A stretch of 64,000 nt of DNA, from the IMG/VR virus record IMGVR_UViG_3300025889_000096. One strand, given 5' to 3'. Below, piece by piece: positions 10,008-21,183 of the stretch (position 1 is its first letter; each line of letters opens with the position of its first letter). The notes below the pieces were generated by a model, which saw only the letters and a program-made list of their open reading frames with translations, did no database searches and was not told where the DNA came from. The position numbers and the translations under genes were made by a program. This DNA comes from an uncultured virus (IMG/VR IMGVR_UViG_3300025889_000096) (Duplodnaviria > Heunggongvirae > Uroviricota > Caudoviricetes).

Positions 10008-10658
10008 TCAAAGTGAATTTAAAAATTCGTTAAAAAGTCTAATTTTATTTTCTTCAAGACTTCTTTGATCTACAAGCATATTAATTTGTTTTTTTGTATT
10101 TTCAGCAAGACGCTCTCTTAGGATTCCACCATCCCAAACCCACTCTTTTCCTTCCATAATTCCTTGAACAAAAGCATCAGGTGCAGAAGGATCTGCAACA
10201 ATATCAGCAGCAGTTGCTAGCATAAAATCTTCACCTACTTCTTTAAACCCTTTGCTGTTTTCTCTTAATGAACCAATACCACGAGAAGAAACGCCGAGAC
10301 AAACTCCATCATTGAGAAGTGACTCTGCAATCTTACCCATTGGAGTTGAGAGAATTTGTGCTTTACCAATAAAGTTGTTTCCTTCGCGGCAAAGATCTAC
10401 AATCTTATGAGAAACTCTATCCAAGTTTACTGTTGGACCATCAGGGTGTCCAAGTTCACCAAGAGCGCGACCTTTTTGAACATATTGCGCATTATAACGA
10501 TTTACTTCACGCTCCATAATGGACATTGGATACATACGTCCATTACGATTAACACATTCTGCTTGTAAGAATGGTCCTATAATGTAGAGTCTGGTGTTTT
10601 TTCCAGTTCCTTCTTTAAGAACTTCTACCTTTTCTATTTCTTCTCTAATTAGTTTCAT
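10008..10658 (-). CDS. g21: Prohead protease gp21
   Basis: NRNGRMY, GELGHP, GVSSRGIGS, DIVADPSAPDA. Confidence 0.97.
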   Translation of the reverse strand: MKLIREEIEKVEVLKEGTGKNTRLYIIGPFLQAECVNRNGRMYPMSIMEREVNRYNAQYVQKGRALGELGHPDGPTVNLDRVSHKIVDLCREGNNFIGKAQILSTPMGKIAESLLNDGVCLGVSSRGIGSLRENSKGFKEVGEDFMLATAADIVADPSAPDAFVQGIMEGKEWVWDGGILRERLAENTKKQINMLVDQRSLEENKIRLFNEFLNSL

Positions 10659-10662
10659 TTTT

Positions 10663-10929
10663 TTAGTTGGTGAGACCTACTTTTGCTACTTTAATTGCAG
10701 GAGATGTCCAAATAACGTCTGTCGAAAGTTTTTCTAAAAATTCAACGCTATTTCCTGGCATACTAAAATATGATGTTGTTGCAGCACCCACAATTGAGGA
10801 AATGCCGATAGTTGCAATTCCAGATGTATCATTATGCAATCTTACGCAAGTTGCTCTTCCAATACTAGTTGCTGCTCCAGCTGAAGATGCTGTTGATACC
10901 TCAGTTTCAATTATTTTTGTCCTTTGCAT
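10663..10929 (-). CDS. Hypothetical protein (head gene cluster)
   Basis: 88-aa ORF packed directly before g21. Confidence 0.7.
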   Translation of the reverse strand: MQRTKIIETEVSTASSAGAATSIGRATCVRLHNDTSGIATIGISSIVGAATTSYFSMPGNSVEFLEKLSTDVIWTSPAIKVAKVGLTN

Positions 10930-10956
10930 CTCTATTGTATAATACTTAATAGTTAT

Positions 10957-11127
10957 TTATTCTTCTTCTATTTCCGAATCCTCATTGTCCCCAAAAAAAG
11001 ATGCTGCTACAGAAGGTCTATAATTATCAATTTTTTCTGCAGATTTTGCAAAAAGTAAATTTTTAATTTTGTCACTGATTTCTGAAGGAGATTTGTCAGT
11101 AACAATCATATCTAAAAGTTCTTCCAT
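10957..11127 (-). CDS. Small acidic protein, probable prohead core protein (g67/g68 position)
   Basis: Translated by hand, 56 aa MEELLDMIVTDKSPSEISDKIK...; TATAAATA at 11151-11158 upstream; follows the portal gene. Confidence 0.7.
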   Translation of the reverse strand: MEELLDMIVTDKSPSEISDKIKNLLFAKSAEKIDNYRPSVAASFFGDNEDSEIEEE

Positions 11128-11153
11128 CTTACTTTATGATTAACTCGTAATAT

Positions 11154-12815
11154 TTATATCTCCCCACCCTTGGGAAGTTGCGGTGCTTCTACCGCAGATT
11201 GTTGTGAACCTAAGTCTGGTTCCATTATTGGTTTCCCAAGGTTCATTTCAGAAGCAGAACCATCAAGTTCCGATTCTAAATCTGGGAGTGCCTCTGGAAT
11301 AATTCCCTGTTCAATTTCAATCTCAATAATTTTATCTTGTTCGATGATTTCTTCATCAGTTTGGCGAAGAATTTTTCTTCTAATATAATCCTGAGAAAAA
11401 TACTTACCAACGTATGGTTCTGCTGTTGCAACTAGACTCAATCTTTCGTTTAAAAGTTCAGCCTCTTTTAGCTCAGAGAAATGATTGTCATATAAGAAGT
11501 CATATTGAATATGCTCACTCATGACTTCCCAATCATCTGGGGTAATAATGTTTTTAAGAATAAGTTGAGTTCTTAGCATGTCATTGAACATGTTCGAGAA
11601 TCTTTTTCTCAATCTACCAACAAATTTACTAAACTTAAGTTCATCTCTCAGAATCTCTGAAGATCTTCCAAGATTAAACCCACCATCGCCTTCAATTCTT
11701 GATGATGGAACATTTAATGATTTGTAAAGTTTTTTCTTAAAATATTCTATATCTGTAATTTCTCCAAGATTCTGGCCTCCTGGCAAAGTAGAAATTTCAG
11801 TTCCCCTACCACCCTCTCTACGTGGAAGCCAGAAATCTTCGAGCATACTCATATGCTTTTTATCATCACGAATTTCTCCAGTGTTAGCATCATATACAAG
11901 TTTATTACGATAACGCATCATAACGTCACGAAGATATTGTTCTGCTTTTACTTTTGGTAGATTGCCCACATCAATGTAGAAAATTCTACGTTCTGGTGCG
12001 CGTGATAGTCTGTAGATAACAAGTGAATCTTCAATCATTCTGAGTTGATTGAGAGACTTAATTGCTTTATGAAGATATGAAAGAGTATGACCTTTATTCC
12101 TATCAACAAGTCCAGAGGTACAATAAGTAACTGCATCCTTAGCAATTTTTATCCCTTGATTCGCTCCAGTTTGTGACGGATTTGATGATGAATATGCTGT
12201 TCTTGGATTATATATAAAATATTCTTCAATTTCTGGGAATTCATAATCCATTGGATTATCACTCCGAAGTTTTTGTAGATTATTTAATCCTGGTTGTGAA
12301 TTCTTTTTCTGCTGCCTAACATAACGCATTTTAGATGCGTCAATGTATCTTAGTTCTTTAATTCCTTCATGTGGATTTTTTAAATCAATTACTTTGTGAT
12401 AGAACAATCTACCATCAATATACCAATTTCGATATATTTCATGGCACTTTTTATCAAAATCCAAAAGATCTAAAATATACTTAAATTCTTTTCTAACTTT
12501 GTTCTTTATACCATCACTGGCATTTAAATTATCTAAGTCTATTTGAACTGGAACATCGTTTGCATCAGAAACAATCGCTTCATTTACAATATCTTCAATG
12601 GCACTATCAACCTCTGGGTGTAAGGACATCTCACGATATCTTTTAATAAGTTCAAATTCAGTTCTATATACTCCTTCCAAATCCACATAAGAACCAAAAA
12701 ACCCACTGCTTGCATAATGGTCAACCCCGTCCTCATTGTTAGGTGGGACGGGAGAAACAGCAGTGGGTGATAAGGGTTCAGAATTCTCAATAGAGAAACC
12801 AAATAATTTTGACAT
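11154..12815 (-). CDS. g20: Portal vertex protein gp20
   Basis: YRLSRAPERRIFYIDVGNLP, EDFWLPRREGGRGTEI. Confidence 0.99.
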   Translation of the reverse strand: MSKLFGFSIENSEPLSPTAVSPVPPNNEDGVDHYASSGFFGSYVDLEGVYRTEFELIKRYREMSLHPEVDSAIEDIVNEAIVSDANDVPVQIDLDNLNASDGIKNKVRKEFKYILDLLDFDKKCHEIYRNWYIDGRLFYHKVIDLKNPHEGIKELRYIDASKMRYVRQQKKNSQPGLNNLQKLRSDNPMDYEFPEIEEYFIYNPRTAYSSSNPSQTGANQGIKIAKDAVTYCTSGLVDRNKGHTLSYLHKAIKSLNQLRMIEDSLVIYRLSRAPERRIFYIDVGNLPKVKAEQYLRDVMMRYRNKLVYDANTGEIRDDKKHMSMLEDFWLPRREGGRGTEISTLPGGQNLGEITDIEYFKKKLYKSLNVPSSRIEGDGGFNLGRSSEILRDELKFSKFVGRLRKRFSNMFNDMLRTQLILKNIITPDDWEVMSEHIQYDFLYDNHFSELKEAELLNERLSLVATAEPYVGKYFSQDYIRRKILRQTDEEIIEQDKIIEIEIEQGIIPEALPDLESELDGSASEMNLGKPIMEPDLGSQQSAVEAPQLPKGGEI

Positions 12816-12864
12816 GATTTATTTAAGATACTTAATTCTTTTTTATTATTTATCTTAGGTGTTA

Positions 12865-13482
12865 CTAACCATCTTTCCCATATATGCCAGGTTCCCAATA
12901 TTGAACTTGAAAATCTACAGTAAACTCTTCAATTGTATCTGACGAATCATATGAAAGATCAATTGCAGAAATTGAAGTGGGAAAAATGTCATAGAAAGTG
13001 TATGATTTTAATGGTTTAATCTCAGACCCATTTACAGAATTTGATGATACTGTTGAAGAAGGACCGTTTTCTGCTCCTCTTCCAAGTTGATGAACATGAG
13101 CATCCTTCATATATGATGTTGGTTGAGTTGCACCAGTATTTGTTCCATTAGAACTAATAAGTTGCATCCATGCCTCAAATGCATTTCTTAGTAGGAAATT
13201 TTCATCATTAATGATAGTTACCGACCAAGGATCAAATGTTCTATCACCAGCAACTTTGAGAACTCTACCTCTGAATGGGATAGGAATTTCTGCAATATTT
13301 GATGCTGGGAGTTGTGCTGACTTGCACATAAACTTAAACAAATCAGGTCCTTCGCTGTTTTTCCAAACCTCAGCGGATATAGCCTCGGGAAATGCTGGAA
13401 TTTCAACTTCAAATAAATTTGGTCTTGCGCCACCACCAGCTAATTTTGATTTAAATGCGCTTATTGTTCTTAGAGTGGTCAT
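12865..13482 (-). CDS. g19: Tail tube protein gp19
   Basis: GGARPNLFEV, GDRTFDPW, IEEFTVDF. Confidence 0.96.
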   Translation of the reverse strand: MTTLRTISAFKSKLAGGGARPNLFEVEIPAFPEAISAEVWKNSEGPDLFKFMCKSAQLPASNIAEIPIPFRGRVLKVAGDRTFDPWSVTIINDENFLLRNAFEAWMQLISSNGTNTGATQPTSYMKDAHVHQLGRGAENGPSSTVSSNSVNGSEIKPLKSYTFYDIFPTSISAIDLSYDSSDTIEEFTVDFQVQYWEPGIYGKDG

Positions 13483-13523
13483 TTTGAATTCCTCCTTGTG
13501 TTATTAATGCAATAATGTTAAAG

Positions 13524-15992
13524 TTAAACGCTTCCAGCCACTTCTTCAAAACTTACGCCAGTTCTAGTTGCAACAAATGTAAGAGTTACATAGTTAATTG
13601 ATTTGGTTGGCTTTAAGAAAATGTCTGCTCTAAATTCATTGTTATCAATAACATCTGGTGTGTTATTAGTTTCATCGCAGATTACAATATAATCATAAAG
13701 ACCCCTCTTTGCCTGAACATCACGTAGATATGGTTCGACAATGTTTACAAAGTTAGATCTAGTTGTTTGATCATTTAGTTCAAATAATAGTGCTTCTGAA
13801 GATCTTTGTAGTGCTTGCTCAATAGTTAGGAACAAACGACGAACGTTAATTCTATCAAAAGCAGATGCATATCCAAGAGCAGTTTTGTCTCCAAATAGCA
13901 GAGTACCCACTCCAGGTTGAGTGATAATAGAGTTAACTCTTGTCGAATATAGTCTATCTCTTTGATCCTTATTTGGATTAAATGCAAGTTTTATAGCATT
14001 ATTCAGAATTCCTCTTTGTTGACCTGCTGGCGAGAACCATGGATATGATGTGAGGTTAGTTCTACACATCATCCCCGCAACATCAGAATTGCAAGGAATA
14101 TATCGGAACTTGTTATTGAATCTATCATAAGTATACTTATATCCACTATCAAATATTGCGTATGATGAAGATGGTAGATCGGAGAAGAACTGAATTACAT
14201 TATCAGTTTGGGTATTGGTATTCAAAATTGGACTCTGAGAAACAGTTCCAGTAATTAGGTCAGATCTATGGGGAGAAATAACAGCAACACAGTCTTTTCT
14301 ATTTGATGCCATACTGATCAAATGAGAAGCCTTTGCTTTAGACTCTATTTTAGATTGTAGACCAGGACCCATGATTAAATAATCTAGCGGAACTTCATCT
14401 CTATTTGAGAATAACTCATATGCGGTTCTCAAATCCGATAGAGATGCACCCATTCCACCACTAGATGAATAGTCAACACCTCCAGTAAGAGTGTATGATT
14501 TATTACCTAAAGCTTTGAAGGTTACATCTTGTGCGTTTTGATCCCAATTTGAAGATGAACCAGTAAATGCTCTGAAGCTTTTGCCAGCAAATCCAGTCTC
14601 CACCGGAGTTGTTCCCCAATGAGTGTCTGCACTATCTGATGGATTATTTCCAGCATAAATGTATGAAGAATATCTTGCAAGGTAATCCTTCCAGAATGTT
14701 CTTTGTGGAGAATTGCTTGCCGAAATTGCATCAGTAGCTTTTGATAGATTTAAATGTGTTTCTAACACATTTCCACTAATACCAGTTACACTTCCAGTAT
14801 CATCTACAACAACTACGTGAATAGCATCATTCTTTGAATTTCTATTAAGAGCATACTGAGTTGTGAGTGGTTTTGGCGCAAGTGATTTCCAATAAAGAGT
14901 GGAATTCGATAAGTTTAAAGTCTGGTTACTATACCAATCAGTAACAGATGCTACACTATAAGAACCTGCTCCAGTATTAATACCACTGTTGTTGACGAAA
15001 GTTAATTGATTTGTTGGTAAGAATGAACTGAATTGATTCTTTTCGGAATATGAAATGTAAGTTTCTGTGCCAGCAACGGAAATCAAGTTTTCAAATAAGA
15101 CGGCAACACCACTACTGATTGTTGTTCCGATTCCAGCAGACATTGTAATTGATGTTGTTCCAACACCAGCAATAGCACTCCTAGAAAATACTCCTGAAAT
15201 AGTTACTAAACTGCTAGTTGTAATTCCAGATACGCTGTCAACATAAAAGGTTTTAATACCTACATTACCAGTAACCTCTTGTGATGCTTGAGTGCTTAAA
15301 ACTTCATCATATGAAGTGCTAGCATCTGATACTCTAGAAACAACTCTAACATCAATAGAACTTGTATTCGCATCTATTGCGGCAGTATTAATCCCAGTAA
15401 TAATACCTTTTAGATACCCGTTAAAGACTGATGTTGTTCCATCTCCAGCAGCAGTTATTGATGAAAGTGGAACTGTAACTCCAAATCCTATATTAGCACC
15501 AATATTACCTAAATCATTTGTGCTAATACCAATCGTTTGATCTGCTAGGTCATCAATAACACAAACTTTAAGGTTGTTTGCCCAACTTCCTGGATTTTTC
15601 GCTGCAAAAGTCCAAGACGCTGAATCACTGCTATGATAAGCTTCGTAGTTGTCAAAGTTTTTAATATTTAGAGAAGAATTACTTGCTTCGTTAAGTCCTG
15701 CATTAGCATTATTGAGACTATTTCCCGATACTCTAACAACCTTAAGAACTCCTCCGTATGAAAGGAATGATGAAGCACTCATCCAATACTCATACTGACT
15801 ATCAGACTCTTGTGGTTTTCCAAAAATATTAATAAGTTCTTGCTCTGTTGAGATATCAACTGGTTGTTCAACAGGACCGATAGAAAATGGTCCAGCAATA
15901 GCTCCGATATTATCTAATACGTTGTCAGCTCTCCCAACAGTTAAATCAACTTCCCTGGTAAGCACTCCAGGAGATAATTGAGGAGTTGCCAT
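13524..15992 (-). CDS. g18: Tail sheath protein gp18
   Basis: LSPGVLTREVD, PWFSPAG, FDRINVRRLF, KPTKSINYV. Confidence 0.98.
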   Translation of the reverse strand: MATPQLSPGVLTREVDLTVGRADNVLDNIGAIAGPFSIGPVEQPVDISTEQELINIFGKPQESDSQYEYWMSASSFLSYGGVLKVVRVSGNSLNNANAGLNEASNSSLNIKNFDNYEAYHSSDSASWTFAAKNPGSWANNLKVCVIDDLADQTIGISTNDLGNIGANIGFGVTVPLSSITAAGDGTTSVFNGYLKGIITGINTAAIDANTSSIDVRVVSRVSDASTSYDEVLSTQASQEVTGNVGIKTFYVDSVSGITTSSLVTISGVFSRSAIAGVGTTSITMSAGIGTTISSGVAVLFENLISVAGTETYISYSEKNQFSSFLPTNQLTFVNNSGINTGAGSYSVASVTDWYSNQTLNLSNSTLYWKSLAPKPLTTQYALNRNSKNDAIHVVVVDDTGSVTGISGNVLETHLNLSKATDAISASNSPQRTFWKDYLARYSSYIYAGNNPSDSADTHWGTTPVETGFAGKSFRAFTGSSSNWDQNAQDVTFKALGNKSYTLTGGVDYSSSGGMGASLSDLRTAYELFSNRDEVPLDYLIMGPGLQSKIESKAKASHLISMASNRKDCVAVISPHRSDLITGTVSQSPILNTNTQTDNVIQFFSDLPSSSYAIFDSGYKYTYDRFNNKFRYIPCNSDVAGMMCRTNLTSYPWFSPAGQQRGILNNAIKLAFNPNKDQRDRLYSTRVNSIITQPGVGTLLFGDKTALGYASAFDRINVRRLFLTIEQALQRSSEALLFELNDQTTRSNFVNIVEPYLRDVQAKRGLYDYIVICDETNNTPDVIDNNEFRADIFLKPTKSINYVTLTFVATRTGVSFEEVAGSV

Positions 15993-16070
15993 GTTTTTCT
16001 CCGTAAGTCTCAGTTTATCTAAAAAATATTTATTAAAAACTTACTTTTCAAAGGGAAAACTTGACGTGAA

Positions 16071-16343
16071 CTACCAGTCTGGATACATGTCCTTTATTTT
16101 TTTAATCGAATTATATTTTAAGTTTTTTTCTCTTCTTTGCTCAACAACTCTTTTTATAGAACATTCTTTGCATTCATACGAAAAAGATGAAGAAACTGGA
16201 CCCCTCTCTTTATGGGTTCTGTAAAAACTATCTATTAAATTTTTTGTTTCTCCGCAAGTTCTACATTTTCTATCTGTAAGTAATAAATGTCCTAATTTTA
16301 TTTGCTTATCAATACTATCAAAATCCATCACATGTATTCCCAC
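16071..16343 (-). CDS. Hypothetical Zn-ribbon protein
   Basis: CRTC...CKEC pairs; between g17 and g18. Confidence 0.7.
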   Translation of the reverse strand: MGIHVMDFDSIDKQIKLGHLLLTDRKCRTCGETKNLIDSFYRTHKERGPVSSSFSYECKECSIKRVVEQRREKNLKYNSIKKIKDMYPDW

Positions 16344-17971
16344 ATATAAGATCGATCTCCATATTCGTCAGTAAACCATCTATCACCATCTGTATCAACA
16401 AAACTATTTTCATCTAAACCATCGGATATAAAACCAAAAGGTGCCATATCTTGTTCAATTTGATTTCTTTGCTCCTCATATAATCTTTTTCTAACATCTT
16501 GGTCCGTAAGTTCTTTGAAATAATCTTGTGCAACTAACCATGCATATATTACAAGACACATTGCAAGATCATCATTACAACCTTCCTCTGCTTCAAATGA
16601 ATTATGTTTTTGGATAAAAGTTGTCAATTCTGAAATGATTTCATAGTCATTTAAATATAACTTATCTTCCTCAATCATTGTCTTGAGATTTAGACATCCA
16701 ACTTTTTTAACAGTTTTTGACATCTTGACTCCAAGTTGAGTTTTCTTTCCAGAAAATCCTTGACCAACAATCTGACCTGCTCTACCTCTCATTGAGCACA
16801 TAAGAAGGTTCTTATATTCCAAATCATATTGGAGAATACTTGCTACCTGATCTCCAACATCATTTACTTCGCATAAGATATATGCTTCATTATAACTTTT
16901 TCCAATTTCTTCAATAATACTTGGAAAAAGCATGGGTTTAATTTCATTATTCCTATACTTCGCAACAACTTTATGGGGAAACTGAGTAATATCGACAACA
17001 GTGAATGCGGAGTAGTCGTTTCCAACACCTCTAGCTACATCTACAGTGATTAAATAGTCATGATTCTCCATTGGATCCTCATACACATCTAAACCCGCAC
17101 TGCGTGTCTTAGGATGATCATAGACAAGGTTCCTAAGTTTGGATGGTGCAATTAAAGTATCAACAGATCCTAAGAACTCACACTCAAACTCAACTTTAAA
17201 TTGCTGATCCGATGTGTTTGCAATTGTTTGAGCCTTCCAAGCATCATCTCTACCAGGAACTTCACTCCAGTGAACATCAGTTGGAATATATTCATTCTTC
17301 TTCTTTTCAGCATCGTGCCACATACGGTAGAAGTGATTCATACCGTGAGGAGTAGAAACAATAATTACTTTCGTGCTTTTACCAGAAGTAATAGTAGGAT
17401 AAACAGATGCAAAGAAGGAATCTGCGATATGGTTTGGAACGAACGCAAATTCGTCAAGGAACAAGATATTGAACGACATGCCTCGGACAGCACTTGCAGA
17501 TGTAGAAGCAGCCAAAATCTTTGATCCATTTTCTAATTCCAGAGAACCTTTATTCCATGATATGATACCTTGCTGCATCCATTTGGGAAGGTTTTCGTAT
17601 GCAGTCTGTAACCTATCCAGGAGTTCCCTTGCAGTTGCTGCTTTGTTTGCAAGGATGCCTATGTTCACATTATCATTAAAGACGGCATAGTGGAGCAGGA
17701 AGGCTACAACAGTGGTTGATTTACCCGTCTGTCGTGGCATCTTACAAATATTAAATCTGTGATTGTGAAAGTTATTAACTAACTTCTCTTGGAAAGGATA
17801 CATTTGAAAAGGTTGTAATCCATTGTCAAGAGTAACAATCTTCACATAGTTCTTTGCAAAATATACAGGATCTTCGTTACACTGAACAAATTCTAAGATT
17901 TGTTCTTGGGTAAATTCGATCGGTGTATTTGCCTTTTTTAATAACGGATTACCAAGATATACATCACTCAC
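16328..17971 (-). CDS. g17: Terminase large subunit gp17
   Basis: PRQTGKST, LDEFAF, STPHG, DVARG, NDDLAM; no intein apparent. Confidence 0.98.
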   Translation of the reverse strand: MSDVYLGNPLLKKANTPIEFTQEQILEFVQCNEDPVYFAKNYVKIVTLDNGLQPFQMYPFQEKLVNNFHNHRFNICKMPRQTGKSTTVVAFLLHYAVFNDNVNIGILANKAATARELLDRLQTAYENLPKWMQQGIISWNKGSLELENGSKILAASTSASAVRGMSFNILFLDEFAFVPNHIADSFFASVYPTITSGKSTKVIIVSTPHGMNHFYRMWHDAEKKKNEYIPTDVHWSEVPGRDDAWKAQTIANTSDQQFKVEFECEFLGSVDTLIAPSKLRNLVYDHPKTRSAGLDVYEDPMENHDYLITVDVARGVGNDYSAFTVVDITQFPHKVVAKYRNNEIKPMLFPSIIEEIGKSYNEAYILCEVNDVGDQVASILQYDLEYKNLLMCSMRGRAGQIVGQGFSGKKTQLGVKMSKTVKKVGCLNLKTMIEEDKLYLNDYEIISELTTFIQKHNSFEAEEGCNDDLAMCLVIYAWLVAQDYFKELTDQDVRKRLYEEQRNQIEQDMAPFGFISDGLDENSFVDTDGDRWFTDEYGDRSYMWEYM

Positions 17972-17982
17972 AATAAAACTCC

Positions 17983-19566
17983 TTAATCTTCTACATAAAT
18001 GAACGAAGCACTGGCAGCAGTAATATTAGATGAAGAAGAAATTACTGCAGTCAGATAACTGTTAGGTGGAACATGAATACCAATAGAGGTCAAATCAACA
18101 TCAATAGTATCACCATTGGATACATGATATGCAGCAACTGGTGGTGTTGATTGTGCTGACAATGTAAATAATCCAGTGCTATTCTCAGTGGCATACAAGG
18201 ATGCGTTGAAATCAGTTTGAGTTGTCCACCTCATATTATTTGCGAATGTTGGATTCCAGAACAGACGAATCACTGCTGGGTCACCAGTCGTATTCACAGA
18301 ACCAGTCAGTCTCTTAGGAAGAAGGTCTCTGGTGTTAATCTTGCCCTGATAGATGAGTTTATTCTTAAGAGTAACAAGATGATAGAGAGAACCAGGAGAG
18401 TTCATCGCATCTGTTCTCGTTGCAGTCACAGAATAAGGAAGTCTGGTTTGTTCAACGAGTCCCTCAACCGCACCCATAAAAGATGCGCCTCTGGTTGTAA
18501 CTACACCAACACCACCACCCAGATTTGCAGCAACATATCCAATCTTCAATGATGGATTGTCTAGGTGTGGATGTTCATATTTGTTTGAATAATGTTCATG
18601 ATGGAAGAACATCATGTCGCCATTGAGAGGATTCTCAATTGCATATCGCATCTCACCAGCACCCAACCAACGAAAGTTGATCTGATATACATTCAGTTTA
18701 GATGGGTCTAGTGTAACTCCAGAATATCCAGTGCCATCTAGTTTATCCAAATTGAACTCTTCCTGTGGTGTCCAGTATTCTGTCTGTGCTACACCAGTCT
18801 GTTTGGTTGTTGTAGTATAAGTTATGGTCGCAGTACTGGTCATTGTGAATGCACCAGCTTGAGCTCCGAGTGATGTTGCTAAGAATGAAATCTTTGCTTG
18901 GTCATACTCTTCAAGATACAAGGCATTAAATAATGATTGCAATCTTAATTTTTGGGAAAGTTGTGCAAGGTTTGCAGCAAGACTTCCACCATTCAAAACT
19001 ATGGGAGTGAAAGCAGTGCCATTAAGAGTAACTGTTACAGTACCATCTGCAAGTTCAGTAAAAGCAAACTGTTGGATATGTGCTTTACCACCATTAGCAC
19101 GGAGAATACCAAACTTTCCGTTAGTATGAGCATATCCAATCTGAAGTGCCTGTTCCTGATTGAACAAACCTGCTCTCTGAGTAAATCCTACTGGGTTATT
19201 TGAGAATGATGCAGTGAATCTACACACCAGACCCTGACCAGGACGGTATCTGACGAAGTTTGTACTTCTAATAACACCATAAGAATTTGCGTCTGAACCA
19301 GCACTTACCTTAAATCTAGAATCACCATTGGTAGCAATACCACTGGCACTAAAAGTAAATGTCTCAAACTCTCTAGGATCTAAACCATAAACAGCATCAC
19401 CTTGAATTTTTGGGGTGAGGGGAACTGCAATAGTTTCTCCAAATGCAGATTCTCCACAAGCACTTGGACTAATGATTTGTCCATACTCATCAGCACGAAG
19501 ATAAACCTCATGCAGGGTTCTTTCCTGATTTAAATAATCTTGTGTAGTTTTATTCCACTGTGCCAT
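17983..19566 (-). CDS. Hypothetical beta-rich protein, possibly virion-associated
   Basis: 527-aa ORF in the late cluster; no family recognised. Confidence 0.75.
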   Translation of the reverse strand: MAQWNKTTQDYLNQERTLHEVYLRADEYGQIISPSACGESAFGETIAVPLTPKIQGDAVYGLDPREFETFTFSASGIATNGDSRFKVSAGSDANSYGVIRSTNFVRYRPGQGLVCRFTASFSNNPVGFTQRAGLFNQEQALQIGYAHTNGKFGILRANGGKAHIQQFAFTELADGTVTVTLNGTAFTPIVLNGGSLAANLAQLSQKLRLQSLFNALYLEEYDQAKISFLATSLGAQAGAFTMTSTATITYTTTTKQTGVAQTEYWTPQEEFNLDKLDGTGYSGVTLDPSKLNVYQINFRWLGAGEMRYAIENPLNGDMMFFHHEHYSNKYEHPHLDNPSLKIGYVAANLGGGVGVVTTRGASFMGAVEGLVEQTRLPYSVTATRTDAMNSPGSLYHLVTLKNKLIYQGKINTRDLLPKRLTGSVNTTGDPAVIRLFWNPTFANNMRWTTQTDFNASLYATENSTGLFTLSAQSTPPVAAYHVSNGDTIDVDLTSIGIHVPPNSYLTAVISSSSNITAASASFIYVED

Positions 19567-19880
19567 TAGTCACTCCAACTTAGTCTTTCTGGGCGATACC
19601 TTTGAGAACTTTTAATATTTAAAGAACCAGATGTTACTGGGTAAATATTGTGAACAATAGCACCTGGATATTCTCCTTGAAGTTGCTCTGCAAGTTCATT
19701 CTTAGAAGGTATTCTTCCTTCAATCTCAAGTCTATATATTTTCCCTTCCCAAACAATGTCTGCGACAAACTCTTCCCCAACTGGTTGTGATTGTTTAGAT
19801 TCATTGCCAATATTTAGAGTTCCATTAAAGTCTCCATTAATGGTAACACTTTCTGATAAAAATTCTTTGAATGATTTCAT
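19566..19880 (-). CDS. Putative internal head protein (capsid-targeting-like N-terminus MKSFKEFLSE)
   Basis: N-terminus resembles the T4 internal-protein targeting sequence MKTYQEFIAE. Confidence 0.65.
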   Translation of the reverse strand: MKSFKEFLSESVTINGDFNGTLNIGNESKQSQPVGEEFVADIVWEGKIYRLEIEGRIPSKNELAEQLQGEYPGAIVHNIYPVTSGSLNIKSSQRYRPERLSWSD

Positions 19881-19881
19881 T

Positions 19882-21183
19882 TTAGTTACAGTTCCAACGA
19901 CGGAGGGCTTTGTTAATTCTTGAATCAGGATCTCTTGACGTTTCTGCAGAAGTTAATTTTGATTTCATTCCCCTCATTCTTCTACAAAACGACTTTCTTC
20001 TGTTTGCTCTTTTTCCGGTTGGATTTTTTTCAGTTACTGCAGTTTGCAACTTTGAACCTGGATTTTCTCTACGATAAGCATCCACTGCTTTTTGACTTAA
20101 ACCATCAGTTTTATCCTTGCGGTTTACTGATTGCCAATCTTCAGTTTGTAAGAACTGTTCTCCTGGATTGTAATCAGATACATGATAGGATTGAACTTTT
20201 GCCCCCGGATATACCTTTTCAATTTGATCCTGAACATCTTTTCTGCTTGGAGTTTTTATATGCGGAAAAAACATTTTAATACCATAATATTTTCCCCTCC
20301 AAGTTAAAGTTACTAAAAGAAGATTACCCGTTTTTGCTGGCAGTCTTACTGCTTCGCTAATACTTGGTGTTTTAATAATATCAATAACGTGAGCAAATGT
20401 GTTGCCATTAGCATCTTCGATAGAAACCAATCCTTCCAACTCTTGTCTCCAATTGGAAAACTCTTCTTTTTTTGTACTATTTCCCCAGTTTGCAGCACCG
20501 ACTCTTCTACATTTGACTAAAGCACCAGATGCATACGCAGAAGGCCATACTTTATAGCGAGATTTGACTTTTTTATAACAAGCATCCTTTTCACCTACTG
20601 CTTCGTTAGTTACATAATCTGCGGCAGTATCAATATAATCTGCAGATTTTGTGATTTTAGATTGAACCCATGCCTCAAGATTTCCTTCACCCCGTTTACC
20701 CATTTTCTTTTCTAATCTCTTAGTAGCATTTTTAATAGTTTTCAATTCAGAACGAGCCATGGAAAATTCGTTGTCTTTTTTAGTTTCCTCAGTTGTCACG
20801 TTGATTGCTTTCCCTTTTCTATCTGGATTTGGATCTTGACGATTTTTGCGACGAAACGCTGCCTCCTCTTCGTCTTTAGAAAGTGCTTTTTTCATTTTAC
20901 TTGAACCGCACTTTGGTTTAGTTGTTTGTCCAGGTTGCTTGGCACATGGTTTTCCTGCATATTTGCCACCCAGTTGAACCCAACCAGGGATGTCATCAGA
21001 AGAACGACTCTTGCTAAACCAGTCATGCAAAGAAGAATCACCACTCTTGTTTGCTTCATCAATCTCATCATGCTCACTATCTTTCATAAGTTTACCGGTG
21101 CTCATGACATGATATCCTTTTGGAATTGACTTGCATTTTTTATCCATAAAACAATAGTATTCACCTTTGGGGCAATTTTTCAT
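19882..21183 (-). CDS. Basic modular hypothetical protein, probable internal virion protein
   Basis: Lys/Arg-rich modules (VWPSAYASGALVKCR; RRKSFCRRM...SRINKALRRWNC) typical of T4-like cyanophage late genes. Confidence 0.75.
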   Translation of the reverse strand: MKNCPKGEYYCFMDKKCKSIPKGYHVMSTGKLMKDSEHDEIDEANKSGDSSLHDWFSKSRSSDDIPGWVQLGGKYAGKPCAKQPGQTTKPKCGSSKMKKALSKDEEEAAFRRKNRQDPNPDRKGKAINVTTEETKKDNEFSMARSELKTIKNATKRLEKKMGKRGEGNLEAWVQSKITKSADYIDTAADYVTNEAVGEKDACYKKVKSRYKVWPSAYASGALVKCRRVGAANWGNSTKKEEFSNWRQELEGLVSIEDANGNTFAHVIDIIKTPSISEAVRLPAKTGNLLLVTLTWRGKYYGIKMFFPHIKTPSRKDVQDQIEKVYPGAKVQSYHVSDYNPGEQFLQTEDWQSVNRKDKTDGLSQKAVDAYRRENPGSKLQTAVTEKNPTGKRANRRKSFCRRMRGMKSKLTSAETSRDPDSRINKALRRWNCN